Assembly: GCA_013239625.1 (NCBI GenBank)
Contig: MU054323.1
Location: forward strand, 2,418,001-2,482,000
Reading direction: 5' to 3'
DNA length: 64,000 bases
DNA from: Lama guanicoe
Taxonomy: Eukaryota
A program made the translations under genes and the position numbers. Each line of letters starts with the position of its first letter. Position 1 is the first letter of the stretch. The notes under the pieces are model-generated. The model was given only the letters and a program-made list of their open reading frames with translations, was not told the DNA's origin and did no database searches. This document shows positions 25,470-38,394 of the stretch, piece by piece.

Positions 25470-26780
25470 CTTCGAAACAGGAAGTCGCCTGTTACTAACC
25501 ATAAACGAATGCAATCCCCGGAGGATTTGGTTTCATTTAAGACACTGAGAGACCACAAGTTCTCAGCCTACCCTGAACTCTACAGGAAAGATTTTCTCCT
25601 GAACCTACTGAGAATGGCCATGCGCAGATGAGGCGCTGTTATTATTTTCCAAAACAAAATCCTTTATAAAGAGGCATCTTTCATACAACTCCTGGGAAAG
25701 ACGCTTACCAAAGCAGAGCGTTAAATCATTGGCTTTGCAGGCTGCACCTGGTAAGTGTCACTGTCTCCCATGATCCACTTACCATTCAGAGCTCGTTTGC
25801 TAGTATTAATAGAACAAATAAAATGGAATGGGAGATAAAGACACCGGGGTAGTGATTTCTTGCTTCAGGAAAACCGTCCTGGGTTACAGACCAATACAAT
25901 GTTCCCAGCCATGAGCCAGGGAACCAAAGCTGATATAAACACAGCATCCAAGCCACAGAACATGACTTGTTCAAGGCTTAATTCTGTGAAGTAAGGCAGG
26001 AAACAAGATTTATCCTTCTGGGAAACTTTTGGCATTTGCCTCGAGCTGGGCCTGATTACTCTCTGCCTTCCCCGCCATCTATTACGGCTATCTGAAGGAA
26101 GTCACTTTTTTGCCCAAACTAAGGCAAAAGAGAAACGTCTCCATCTGAGTCCCGTAGAAATCCTTCTGTTTGACGTGGCATTAAACAACGGAGAGCGAGC
26201 GGCCCTGCTCTGGGAGGCTCGGCCGTTGCTATCTTAGGCCTTTTGGCTGTGAAAGAGAGTGAAATGAATTGGGCCCAAGCCATTTCACAAACATAGTAAA
26301 AATAAATTTACTACACTCAATAATTGAATCTTAAACTTGTCACTATGGCAAACTCTAAATTATTCCAAGAGGCTTCGCTGGGACTTGGCAAAAGGAGTGG
26401 GTACCGAAGGTCAGTTTTCATGTATGAAATCCAGCTTAGGTTATAACTGCATGGGCTGCAGAGTAAACGTTCAAAGGATGAATGGGCCATTGAGAAGTAA
26501 ATCAGACTCCCCAGACGCTTAAATAAGTCCTGGAAGGCTTTAAGCCATCAGTCTGGTGGGCTACCAAGAGAATTAGGTTATTAATACAAGAGAATTTGAG
26601 GTTGTTGATACCAGTCTCCCCGCCCCCGCCTCGCCCCCGTGTGTGTGGGTAAGCGTTAGGGTTTGTTTTTTAATGTGTCTTTATTTTCATGTTACTTTAG
26701 TTGTATTAAGTGCACCCTGATTGGACGGTGAAAGCTGTGTGACTTGGTCGCCGGCCCACGCTCTGACTCTGGGCACAAGG
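25470..26780. promoter_or_regulatory. Putative promoter/enhancer block
   Basis: Repeat-free and CpG-retaining; ETS CAGGAAGT 25478-25485, TGACGTGG 26171-26178, TATTAATA 26579-26586, GC boxes 26618-26638, inverted CCAAT (ctgattgg) 26717-26724. Confidence 0.45.
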
Positions 26781-28095
26781 CTGGAGTGTTTACTCTGGAG
26801 GGGAATGTTCAGACTCTGACCCAACCGGGAGACATTTCAGTTAACATCTGGCTTTGCTTACTTGTCCTAAATATTCAATTATTAATGGACTATTAATATT
26901 AGATCATTTCATTGGTCTTTTTTTTTTTTCTCCTTAAAATCATATTGAGAGGCCACTTCCCTTAGTGTCATTCTGAATTTGCCATCTGTAAAAATCTTTG
27001 GGAGACTCAAGCGCAAGAATTACCAAAGCAACAAAGACACAAAACTAACCGATTTGTTTTTTAAGTTAGATTGGGAAAAACAAATGAGTTCACTATTCAG
27101 ATGGAAGAGATAAAAACTTTTATATCCGAATGGTAGCATTATTGCTAATTGTTCATAAGGCCCTGAGAAGCCACCAATTTGGTAGCATATGTACCTGAAG
27201 GTGCTGCCCAGGAACAAGTATTTTACATTCTTATCCATTTTGGTCTCATGAATTATTTTTTAAACCAGGTCTAGACAGTTACAGTTGCCTAGTTAATTTA
27301 GGGAAGGTCGCTTGTGCCTCAGAGCAAGGCAGCCATGTGTTCACTGAGTCAGTGCCAGTCCAGTCTTGCCAGAGTAAGTCATGGAAACATCATGCCTAAA
27401 TGGTCTCAACTGATCGCCTATTTAACTGGACTTACCCAGTTCATCCCCACACACATGCTCATAATATTTAAATGGAACAGTTTCAGAAAGCACGTAAGTG
27501 CTTTGCATCATAGTATACATGGTATATCTTTCACTTCGTATAAATTATTAGGAAATGACCTTGGCTTTGAAGTTAGGAGTCCACAGTCCCCATGGGTTCC
27601 ACTAGGAATTCAAACTTGAGTGGGTCCTTTTGCCCCCATATCTCCTCTACCCTCTGAGTTCTCAGTTTTTGTTAATGGTGCAAAGACACCACTAACTTCC
27701 AAATCGCCCAATATGAAGGTGAACAAAATAAACAGTCTCTGTTGCATATAACCTTGAATCCAGAGATGCTTTCTTGGTGGCCCCATTCAATATTCCTCTT
27801 TCCTTACTGGCTGAAACAACTCAGGAGGAGTTTCTATTTAATATCTCACTACCCTTATGAGGTAAGCAATGCATGGGCAGAAACTTTAATATATATTATG
27901 ATTGTATGTGTACATTCAGAGACATACATGGATGGAATTGCGCACTTAAACAGTTGCTACGAGTTATAAACACTCAACAAAGCAAACCAAGATCATCACT
28001 GACCAAAAAAAAAAAAAAAGAGTGAAAATAATGACTAAGTTTTACTTAGGGCTTTGTGTTTTCACATGTTGCAATCAGTCCTTATAGAAACCTTA

Positions 28096-28165
28096 TGATT
28101 TTTTTCTCCTTTTTCTTCCTCCTTCTTTTTTTTTTCTTTTTCTTCTCTTCTTTCTTCTTATTCTT
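28096..28165. repeat. CT-rich polypyrimidine low-complexity tract
   Basis: tttttttctcctttttcttcctccttctttt... seen directly. Confidence 0.8.
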
Positions 28166-28433
28166 ACCTTACAATTTTGCCAAATAATATTTGGAGATTA
28201 AGTTAAGATTACTTAGGTGGTGAAGAGTGATGCCAGGTAGCTCTTTTGGGTAAAGCCATTAGGTATAAAACCCCTAATGATTTTGTAACTATTGCAGGGA
28301 AGCCAGTTTGGTGGAATTAACCCCTTTGTATGCATACACACATGTGGGTCCTGCTTATGAAGCACAAATTCAGTTATCTACTTTCACTGTGTAAAGACAG
28401 ATCCTGCAAAAATACTTCATAATACCATCCAAT

Positions 28434-28597
28434 CAGGGCAGCTTCTAGGGTGAGGCAAGTGAAGCTTTCAGGGCACAAAGTTTAAGGAGACATTCACTCC
28501 TGAGGTCCTGCAAGTTCAAGGCCCACAACTGACAGTAAACGCCTCCTTAAATTTTTCCCCCAGGGCAGCTCACTTGCCTCCCCCAATCCTGGCCCTT
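28434..28597. mobile_element. MER96 (hAT-Tip100 MITE), near full length
   Basis: TIRs cagggcag...cctggccct; internal inverted arms 'tttaaggagaca'/'cgcctccttaaa'; 8-bp TSD catccaat / cgtgcaat (6 of 8 match). Confidence 0.85.
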
Positions 28598-28654
28598 CGT
28601 GCAATAATTATCACATGCTGGTCCCCTTGCTGTAGTTCTAGAGAAATGAAAACC

Positions 28655-29060
28655 AATCAATGAGTGATTTATTAAACATCTACTATGTGCTATGGGTTGC
28701 AGAAAAAGTGAAAACATTTCCATTTATACTGCATAGGCCTGTACTGAAAGAAAATGTTGTCCAACTAGAAAGATAACACTTAACACATGGGTAATAGTCA
28801 AATCAGATATATCATCAAGTCTATAAAATACCGTGGTCCCATGAGGTCACAGATGGCAGATCCAGTATGGTGGGACGTGGGGGACGTTACTGACGATGCT
28901 CTCAAGGAGAAGCCCTCGTGCTCTAACTCACACATGGGTGGGTAAGGCGGGGCCCTGCTGGGGAGACTATGGAACTCCAAGAAAGGCTGATTGATGTTGG
29001 CCGTAGGAAGCCATTTATGTGTTTGAACAGGGGAACAATGTGCAGAAAGCTCTGTGATGG
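28655..29060 (-). mobile_element. L2 LINE fragments
   Basis: 'gatttattaaacatctactatgtgc...taggaagccatttatgtgtttgaacagggga'. Confidence 0.55.
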
Positions 29061-31309
29061 ATTATGCATCATTTTGCTGGAGTGGGTCAGGATGATGGAT
29101 GGATGGTAGGTCCATCCAAAATAAGAATATTGTTTTAAAGTGGGGGCATATTAGTTTAAAATTTATTTTAAAGTGATTACTGCTACAAAGTGGTTTTGAT
29201 CTGTTACAGGGAAATTGAAGTTGGAAGAAAGGAAACAGTAGAGGTTGAAATGTCCAAAGCAGGCATCTTATTTATACCATTTTGTCACATTCCCATTTCT
29301 CCTGTAGTTGGCTCCACCATGCACTTAGCAGTTGTTGTTGGCTCTGAACTCCCTATTGTCTGACCCACATGGCTGGCTGCTCCATCATGTGCTCCCTGGT
29401 TCACTGAGCAGTTTTCATGAGTGACTCTGGTCTTCCAGACTAGATCTCAAGTCCTGCAAGGTCAGGGCTCAGACCCTCACTCATTCTGGAATGTTCGATC
29501 ACTGTAGACTCAGGGAGCAACTGGGTCCATGGAAAACAAGTTACTAAGGGTTTCACAGCTGTCTACTTTGGATAAAAGACATGGAGAGAGATTGAACTTG
29601 ATTACCCAGTGAGGAAAGATCTGCATTTGTTGTACTTTGCAATGGTTGGACTGATCTGAATGAAATTTCAAATGGCTAATTTCATTTCTAATCCTTACAT
29701 GAGCCAGAAAACTCCACCTGCAAGGGAACAGTTTTTCATTGCCTATCTTTTGAAAAGGGTCAGCATTTCCTGTCAACAGGAGCTGCAGTCACAAGTGGGA
29801 ATTGGTTACTTCTATGATGCTGGTTGCTTAGGAAGGAGGCCCAGGACTCAGGCTTCTGCAAAAGTTCTTGGCTTAGGGTCAAGCCAGAATGAACAATGCA
29901 AGACCCACATGTCTCCTTATAGACAGATATCTGAGCTGGGGATGCTGAGGCCCAAGACAGTTTACCAAGAAGGTAGAATTATGTAACCCTGTCACTCAAT
30001 AAGGCTTCTTTCCAGTTCAGGGTATCTTGGGATCAAACAGTACACATAGCAACAAAACAAACGGAAGGTGCACATCTTTGCATTGTTAAATGGATCATGT
30101 CAATGCATAAATCAACACAAGTGCATTGGGAGTGCTGCCTCATTTATTTACCCATCGCTGGGGAATGGACTATTTATTATAGATAAATTTTCCAAATAAC
30201 TAAAGCCTGTGACTTTAAGTGCCAAAACTTTAAAAAATGTTAACCATGTATGATGAAAATCCTCTAAACATTCCCTACTGTCTTAAAGACAATACTCAGA
30301 ATATAGAGTTTGACCTTGGAAATATTTGGAGGAGAAAAACGGAATGAGGAATAGACACACCATAAGATCTGATGTCTTAATGCTGAGGACTAATTAGGAG
30401 GGAAAAAAAGGGGTTTCTAGACTTAATCTACTTATTTTTATTTTGAGAGGACTTATTGGTGGACCAAAGGGGCAGTTTGACATTTATGGGGAGAAACCGA
30501 AGCCTCATTGTGGAGGAGGCAGCAGGAGAATGGGTACCTATATGAATCACCTCACCTGATTCAGATCAACTATGTCTCTTAGTAATAAGACAATATGAGA
30601 ATGAGATGTCTTTAAGGAGATTGTGGACGTTCGAGAAGTGCCAAAACATTAGAAATGGAGCAAGTGAGCTGAATAGCAATCTAAAGTAAAGTTCTAGAAA
30701 AGGATGTTTCTGAACACGTGGATAAGAAATGTCATCCTCAAGGTCTTGTTTCTCTGACCTCATATCTGATATACTTATAAATCCTGCCAGCTTTATCTGC
30801 ACAATTCATACACAACTCAGTCATGCAACCATAAATAATGGTCTCAAGGAATGCCTTTCTCTCAGTCCTTTGAGCAGGTATCAGTTACTGATATCAATAG
30901 GCCCATTTTTCCTGCCAAGATCCCTCATCTACACCCTCCCTCTTTTCCGATTCCTCATAGACATTCAAACTTCCTGACTTTTAAAATCTCAAGAGGAGAG
31001 TTGCCCAATTCTGATCAGCAGGCAGAACAATTGATCCGTTTCTTCTCCTGTCTTGTTTATTGCCCCTTCTGAAGGGGTGTTAAAGTGGTGGGTGAGCAGG
31101 GAGCTCATCTTTGACATATAAAAGGGTATTTCAAAGGTGATTTCAAAAAACTGAGCAATTTAACTGAGTGGACTGATATTTTTCCTTTCAGAATCATCCA
31201 ATTCTTGTATGTATTATACAATAGCCTTCTCTCTGTGTCTCCCTATAATGGATTTTAATTCTGAAGGGCTTCTCAAACCTTTATTGATGTCTTCATGTGT
31301 CTCTGAGTG

Positions 31310-31550
31310 ATTAAGAACATTGGCTTTAGAGGCAGATCATATTGTGCTTAAATCTCAGATCTGCCACTAACTAGTTAAATGACCTTGTGCAAATGACTGA
31401 CCACTCTATACTTCTGTTTCCTTGTCTGTGAGTGGAAAAAAAAATTCCAATGCCTATCTTGTAGGCTTTTTGTGAAGATAAAGTATGAAATTGAATGTGA
31501 ATTGTTTTAAATGGTGATTAGAATATGATAATGTCCAGGAAATGTACTTA
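31310..31550 (+). mobile_element. MIR SINE
   Basis: 'ttaagaacattggctttagaggcaga...aaatctcagatctgccactaactag...tgaccttgtgcaaatgact...gtttccttgtctgtga'. Confidence 0.85.
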
Positions 31551-31559
31551 TGATTGCCT

Positions 31560-33150
31560 TTTTTTAATTTAAGATAAATGGGGGGGAATCATATATTATC
31601 ATTTCAACAAATCCCAAAAGATTTTGAATGAAATTAATCTTTTTTTGAATTTCAGAAAATCTTAGACATAATAAATATGTAAAACAGAATAAATAATATT
31701 TTCCTAACCTGATAGCCATCACTTCCCCTAATAGTGAAAACCCAGGTATTTTCTGTTATCTTTAGGAGCAAAACACATATACATGTTCTGCTCTCTTATT
31801 AATCTAATGATTAAAGAACTTGTGGCTAGTACTATAAGATATGGAACAGAAGTAGAAATAATTATTATTTTCATGAGACATAATTTGAAGTCTAGAAAAC
31901 CCAAGAAAAATAAAGGACACCTCTTAATATTGTAAGAGTTCAATAAAGTGTTTAGACACTAAAAATAATCAATAAGAAAATATGAGAAAAACTTAAAAGC
32001 CATTGTAAACCAGCAAAAAAAATTGCAAAACCAAAAATATTTATAACAAATATTAAAAATATATTAGAAACAGAAAGGCAACTTTAATTTTTTTTAAAGG
32101 GGACAGATTCATTCTATAAAGATTTTGAGGCAGCTTAGTGATCTTTAGAGGCAACAGAGAGCCCCAGGGTTCTGAAGATACGTGGTCTGAGGTCAAAACA
32201 TGGTTCCATCAACTTACTGCTGAGTGACCATGGGCAAATCGTGTAACTTTCCTATGCCTCAATTAGATTCTCTGTAAAATGGTCATAATAATAGCGCCTG
32301 CCTCATAAGGTTGTTGTATGGATTAAATTAATGGGAACAGTAAAGGCAAGACCTGGCAGTCACAGGCACTTAAAGAGTTATAACTAGAGTTTGCTTTGTC
32401 AGTATGATCAAACTATAAAAATTTACAAGAAAGTGAGTTAAATAGGTTCCCCTACATATTAATAATTGTGTACTTAGAACACAGAATTTAAAATAAATGT
32501 ACAACCAGGAAAAATATTTGCAATCAAATGTGACAGACAAATAATTAAATTTCTTTATAAATAAAGATCTCATTCAATTATCTTAGAATGTAAAAATGTA
32601 ATTCACAGAAAAAAATACAAATGACTGAAAAGTATTTTTAATTGTGTCAGTTTTACTAACAAGCAAGGAAATGTAGGTTAACAAATAATCCTGTTTCCTT
32701 CCTTTCATATCAAAATAATAATAATAACAATAATAATAATGAATAAGAGGCAAAAATGAGAAGACTCTGTGCAGATGAGGGAATGATAAATTAGAGGCAC
32801 GCATGTTCTGTTTCTATGAAGATATTGGAGCAACACTAAACAAAATGTAGCAAATATTTTTAAATGTCCATTCTACTAATTTTAGTTCTGAGACTCTATT
32901 CAACGGGAAGAATCAGACATGTAGACAACAAAGAATGTACAAAAATAGAAAATAAAACATTATTTATAGACATGAGAAGAATATGAATGGGTGCTATTAT
33001 TAAGTAAATTGTGGTTTATTCATATAAAGGGATATTATTCAGCCTTTCAAATAGTATTTAGAGAGTTTTAGAAATACTTCCGTTATAACAAAATACTTTC
33101 GTTATAACAAAAATGAAAAGGTGCCATATCGTTTAGACAATGCTATTTCA
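31560..33150 (+). mobile_element. Decayed L1ME-type LINE-1, interrupted by a MIR
   Basis: 'aatcatatattatcatttcaacaaatcccaaaag', 'aaaataaaggacacctcttaatattgtaagagttcaataaag', 'aaaatatttgcaat', 'gtaaattgtggtttattcatataaaggga'. Confidence 0.65.
32165..32370 (+). mobile_element. MIR SINE inserted in L1ME
   Basis: 'acttactgctgagtgaccatgggcaaat...tctgtaaaatggtcataataatagcgcctgcctcataaggttgttgtatggattaaat'. Confidence 0.85.
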
Positions 33151-33244
33151 AATATATAAACACTACAGGATAAGACAACTAAATGTGTTAATCTTCACAT
33201 CTCTTATGCTGCCGTGTGTATTTAGAAATTCTGTTCATTTAGGT

Positions 33245-34040
33245 ATTTTTAATTTTTAATTGTGACAAGAGACATATAACGTCAAATTTACCATCTTAAG
33301 CATATTTAAGTGTACAGTTCAGTAGTGTTAAGTACATTCACATTGTTGTGCAATAGATCACCAGAACCAGCTCATTTTGCAAAACCGAAACTCTACCCAT
33401 TTAACAACATCTCCTCATTTCCCTCTCCCCCAAGCCTCTGGGAGCCAGTATTCTACTTTGTTTGATGAACTTGACTGTTTTAGATACCTCATATAAGTGG
33501 AATCATACAGTATTTGTCTCTTTGTGACTGACATTTAACTTACATAGTGTCCTCAAGGTTGATCCATGTTGTAACATGTGACAGAATTTCTTTCCTTTAA
33601 GGTTGAATATGATTCCATTGTATGTATATATGATGTTTTATTTGTCCTTCTTTCAATGGACTTCTGGGCTGCTTCCACTTATTGACATCGTGAATAATGC
33701 TTCCATGAACATAGGTGTTCAAATATCTCTTCAAGACTCTGCTTTCAATTCTTCTGAATATATACCCAGAAGTGGGATTGATGGATCATACGGTAGTTCT
33801 ATTTTTAATTTTTTAAGGAACCAGCATACTGTTTGCCATAGTATTTTCATCCCACCAACAATGCACACAGGTTCCAATTTTTCCACATCTTTGCCAACAC
33901 TTGTTATTTTCATTTCTTTTTTTATTAGCCATCCTGATGGATGTGAGGTGGTGGTTCATTGTGGTTTTGACTTGCATTTCTCTTACAAGTTCTGATGTGG
34001 AATATCTTTTCATAGAATTGCTGGCTCTTTTATATATTTT
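33245..34040 (-). mobile_element. L1MB-type LINE-1 3' region
   Basis: 3' end 'aaatttaccatcttaagcatatttaagtgtacagttcagtagtgttaagtacattcacattgttgtgcaa'; ORF 33731-33913 'WQTVCWFLKKLKIELPYDPSIPLLGIY' is the ORF2 C-terminus. Confidence 0.92.
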
Positions 34041-35849
34041 TGAACTTGCAAAATGTTTAGAATTAACATGTATTATTTTTGTATCAAACAAACAAAACAC
34101 TATGAACACAATTAGGATCAGTTTGGCCTCCGGTTTTGTGACATTAACAAGAGCAAAAAAAGCTTTCTTTTTCCAGGCCCCCAAATCCCCATTTGTGAAA
34201 TAAGAAGGCTAGACTAGCTAATCCCATCTGTGACTCTTTTTAAATGAAGGAAATAATCTTTCCTCATTTTCTTCAGTGTTGTAAAAGTAGTTGCATTTAT
34301 AAATCTCCCCAATTTTGGAATTTTTCTGAGAAGAAGAGGTAGGTGGGTAAATTGATGATTTGGTGGTAGTTTTTCCAGCATTTCTACTTCATTTAACATT
34401 TTTAGTGCCCCAACTCTAGAAGGCATTGGACCAGGAGCCAAGAATAGAGAATAATGCAGTCAGGACCCTGGCCTGTTGAGTTACAAGTCAATTTGGACAG
34501 GCACGCTTATAAGTAAATAATTACAATGCAGCTTCAAGTTGATGTAATACATGTATAAATAAGGTTCATTGGTGTGACCAAGAAGCAGACATCTGCTTCT
34601 AAGATGCTAAAAATGTGAAGACTCATCTAATAGTGGGAAAAGGCTCATAATAGTTGTCCCCTAGACCTTGTTGTTTACAAAATCCATGGCATTCAAATTT
34701 AGTGAGAAGAAATGTAATATTTACCCAGCAAAGACAAAGCAGAATTTCCATGAGCATTTAACTATTACATTTTTTTTAAACTAACAAATGGCTAAAATGT
34801 TTTCCATTCAATCAAATGGTATTTTAGAAATTGTGGTCTACACAAAGGATGTCTCTTGCTGGGCAGAGTAATATAATACATTCTGTGTGGAGTAGGAAAC
34901 TTTAATGATATATGCAGTTTTGTTATTAAAACTGAGTTATATATTTTGCTCTGCTCTGGAAAATTGTGACCCAGTATAACATATCTTCACATTGTTTATA
35001 ACTTGAGGAAAATCAACATTTCGGGTTCCCAGTTCACACAGTAGGAATTACATTTGTTTTGGCCAAACATAATTTATATAACTGCAAGGAACAATAAAAC
35101 ATGAACTCTACAGTGTTTTCTTACCTAAAAATAATATAGACCTTGTAAAATTGAAGAGATTATTATTATAAAGGAAAAGACAGTAACTTAAAAGGCTGAA
35201 GCTCATTTTACAACACTCTTTAATGCCTGTGCAAATAGGCAGACACCTGTGTCCCCATTTTCCTTGACCCTAGCCACAGGAGTGAGATTCCACACAGTAA
35301 TAAATAACCTTGCAAATAAAACTTTGAAATATAATTTGCTTGAACAAGCCCAGTTCTTCTATGTTCAAAAGTCATTTTCAAAGTGACTTCTTAAAATGAC
35401 TCAGTATTCTTTATTCCCGTGCCTACAAAGATCTTTTGCATATGATGAAAGCATCTAATCCATCTTGTTAATAAGGCCCCAGTTAGTGAAGGGGCCAGTC
35501 TATATTTACAAGTTGAGAGTGAAATGAATGAATGAATTGATCAATCAATCATTCAATCAATAATTAGGCATTTATCTTTAAAGTCAACTAGCCTATGCAG
35601 GAACTGACTCTGCTACTTCAATATGAGAATATAAAATGTGATCCTGTTTTCAGAGACATGGGAATGATGAGGGAGGAGAGTGAAACTTCCTTTGAGGAGA
35701 CATGTGCAAGAGTCATACTGAACACATATCATAAAACTACTGAATACCAAATCGATCAGACAAGTAGAAAAAGCTTTGACAGTTTGTGGGCAAGTACTGC
35801 GTTCAAGGAACTGGTCCATTGTATCTTACTTAATCTCTAAAGTCTAAAC

Positions 35850-36010
35850 CATTCCACAAAGTTGGCAGAATTATCATTATTTTACAAGTGAAGAAATTAG
35901 GGTCATTAATTTTAAGTGACATGTTCCAAATAGCTAAGTATGTAGTAGAGTTGACCCTAGACCATGAGTCTTCTGGTTCTACATACTGCAGTAGTTGTTC
36001 CACTACACCA
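35850..36010 (-). mobile_element. MIR SINE
   Basis: 'attttacaagtgaagaaattagggtc...ttaagtgacatgttccaaatagctaagtatgtagtagag'. Confidence 0.7.
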
Positions 36011-36954
36011 CTGGAGAATCTGCTGGGTGAACACTGTCCGCTGGTACCAGTCACAGCAAAATCAGATGACAGGTGGGTCTAGCATTCCTACTACATGACA
36101 CCTATGTATTCATGCAATTTTTACCTTTTCTCAGGCTCAAAACTTTTTCACTTACAGAGCAGATTTTCCTGCCCTGTGATTCGCTTAGATTTCAAATTCT
36201 TCAGATTCCAGGTGTAATTTTTGACTGTTCTTTTAAGTCTTAATATCTATTTCAAACTGGGATTTGAGTTACATTTAATAGTATTATGGTTTCTAATTGC
36301 ATTGATTTTTTTTTCTAAAGCAATCCATTCCTAATACTTATTTAGAGAGAGTCCTGAGGAATCCTAAATGGTGCAGACTTTTTTCTCAGGAGCCAACATG
36401 AGAGTCCATTTTCCTTTAAAAACAGTTTGCAGCCTCTCCAGGCATTGAATCATCTGGCTTGGGGCCAGGCACTAGAGGGTGCTTTAGAAATATTATTTGA
36501 TGATGAACTCGCATGTCCGCTTGCTTTTCGGAAATCATTCCTGTAAATCACGGCTTTGAAAACTTGTCAGCATTTTGCTCTTTCTTTTGTGGATTTCTTC
36601 AAAGGGAGAAAGAATGCCTGAAAAGTAAACAAAAAAGTCATAACTGCACCCCAAGGAGAGTGGAATAGAAAACAATTATAGATACTGATAGACATAGAAA
36701 TATTTCTGCGAGATAGAAAGAGAACCCTGTGGATAACTCACAAAGACTCTACTGGAACCTTATCAGTCAACCGGGCTTTGTCAAAGTAAAGCAGGTTTGT
36801 GAAGGGGCCAGGGCAACATGTGTTCCTCCCTGTTCCACACCCTCCTTTTCTGGAAGCTTGCTGTAAGCATAACACCTCACATCTGTATGACTTCTCCTTC
36901 TTTTTCTTTAAAAGGCACTTTGGCATATATTAAGTCTCAAGTGATACTCAATAA

Positions 36955-37085
36955 CCTGTGTGCTAAACATTACTATTCCTATTCTGTAGATGGAAAAAGA
37001 AAAAAAAAACCTGAGATTTAATGAGGATAATTATTCCACTCAGACCCATCAGGCTAAGTGGCAGAATCAGATTTTAATTATAGGA
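36955..37085 (-). mobile_element. MIR SINE
   Basis: 'attactattcctattctgtagatggaaaa...ctgagattta...ctaagtggcagaatcagatttt'. Confidence 0.6.
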
Positions 37086-37669
37086 CTTTTTTTTTCTAGT
37101 ATCTATAGGGCAGCAGCCCCATTCTTCTTCTTTCATACTAGTAACATATTTCCATATGGGTAACACAGCCATGTTTCTTCCCTTCTTCCTTCAGACTTTG
37201 TCACCACATTTATCTTTTCTCTTCACATTTTAAGTAAAAATAAAACACATACACGACAAAAACCAGAGGGCATCAAATATAAAACAAGGACCCACACACC
37301 TCTTCTGCTGTTAAAAAAATGGATACCCTGGTAGGGATGCTCAAAGCATCCGTGGCAATTATAGTCTGAAGCACAATGAAGTAGCCACGAGTGAGCTATC
37401 ATATATGATCTGGGGTTTCAGAGGAGGCAGAACTCTAACTGGGAAGATCAGAAAGGGTTTCTTAGGACAAATATGCCTTTCTTCCAGGTCCTGAAAGACA
37501 GCAAGAGTCCAAAAGAGCACCCCAAGCTTTGGAATAGCAAAGACAAAATTGGCAAAGCTCAGGGCATTTGCAGAAAGCAATGCATATTCAAGTTATTGGA
37601 GGATTGCTTGCCTGAGGAGGACCACAGGGCAGAGAGGCTGGAAAACAGGCTTTTAACCAGGTTCTAGGG

Positions 37670-37873
37670 GAGTTCTGTCTGATAAAACTTTCTGAGATGA
37701 TGGAAATATTTTAGAATCAGCATTGTCTGACACAGTAGCCATGGACCACATGTATCTATTAGGACTTGAAAAGTGGTTGCTGTGACCAAGACACTGGACA
37801 TTTGGTTTGATTTAATTTTAATTTTAATGTAAAAGCCACATGTGACTAGAGCCTACCATTTCAGACAGAGCAA
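37670..37873 (+). mobile_element. MER3 (hAT-Charlie), full length
   Basis: 'gttctgtctgataaaactttctgagatgatggaaatattt...ccacatgt...aagccacatgtgactagagcctaccatttcagacagagca'; TSD ttctaggg / ttccaggc. Confidence 0.88.
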
Positions 37874-38394
37874 TTCCAGGCGCCTTGGATGGTAGACTGA
37901 GGCTGTCACAGAATTTTAGGTTTATCCAGGGAAAACAAGTGCTTGCTGACTGTAAGAGAAAGATGGACTGAGAGAATGTGGGGAGGCTGAGATAAGAAAA
38001 ATGAGGTGGAAGAATTGGAAGTTGGGATCATAGGAGATGCCAGGTTATAATCGTTGCATCTGTGAACCACAGGATTCAAAATGCAACTGCTTGCACTCAT
38101 TCATGTCATAAAGGTTTGTTCTTCACCAGATTTATGCACTCCTCCAATGTCAAAATGATGTCCATTCTTTCATCTCTTAATCAATAGCTAGTAGTCAGCA
38201 CCGTGTCTTCCACAAAACGTTGTGCATGTGACTTTTTTTGTCAAATTCAACCAGTTATGTGTTTATATGTCACAGTTAAATTAAAATATCCATTGCCTAA
38301 ACTGGATGGAAGTGATAGGAGTGGAGGTCATTGATATTCAGTCATTTAAACACAACATATATAACCAGGTAAACCATTAAAAATGCATCGTCTT

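Noticed and set aside
35520..35562. Quasi-palindromic (AATG)n/(ATCA)n stretch
   Set aside because: Explained by simple repeats resembling L2 3' tails; no unique hairpin.
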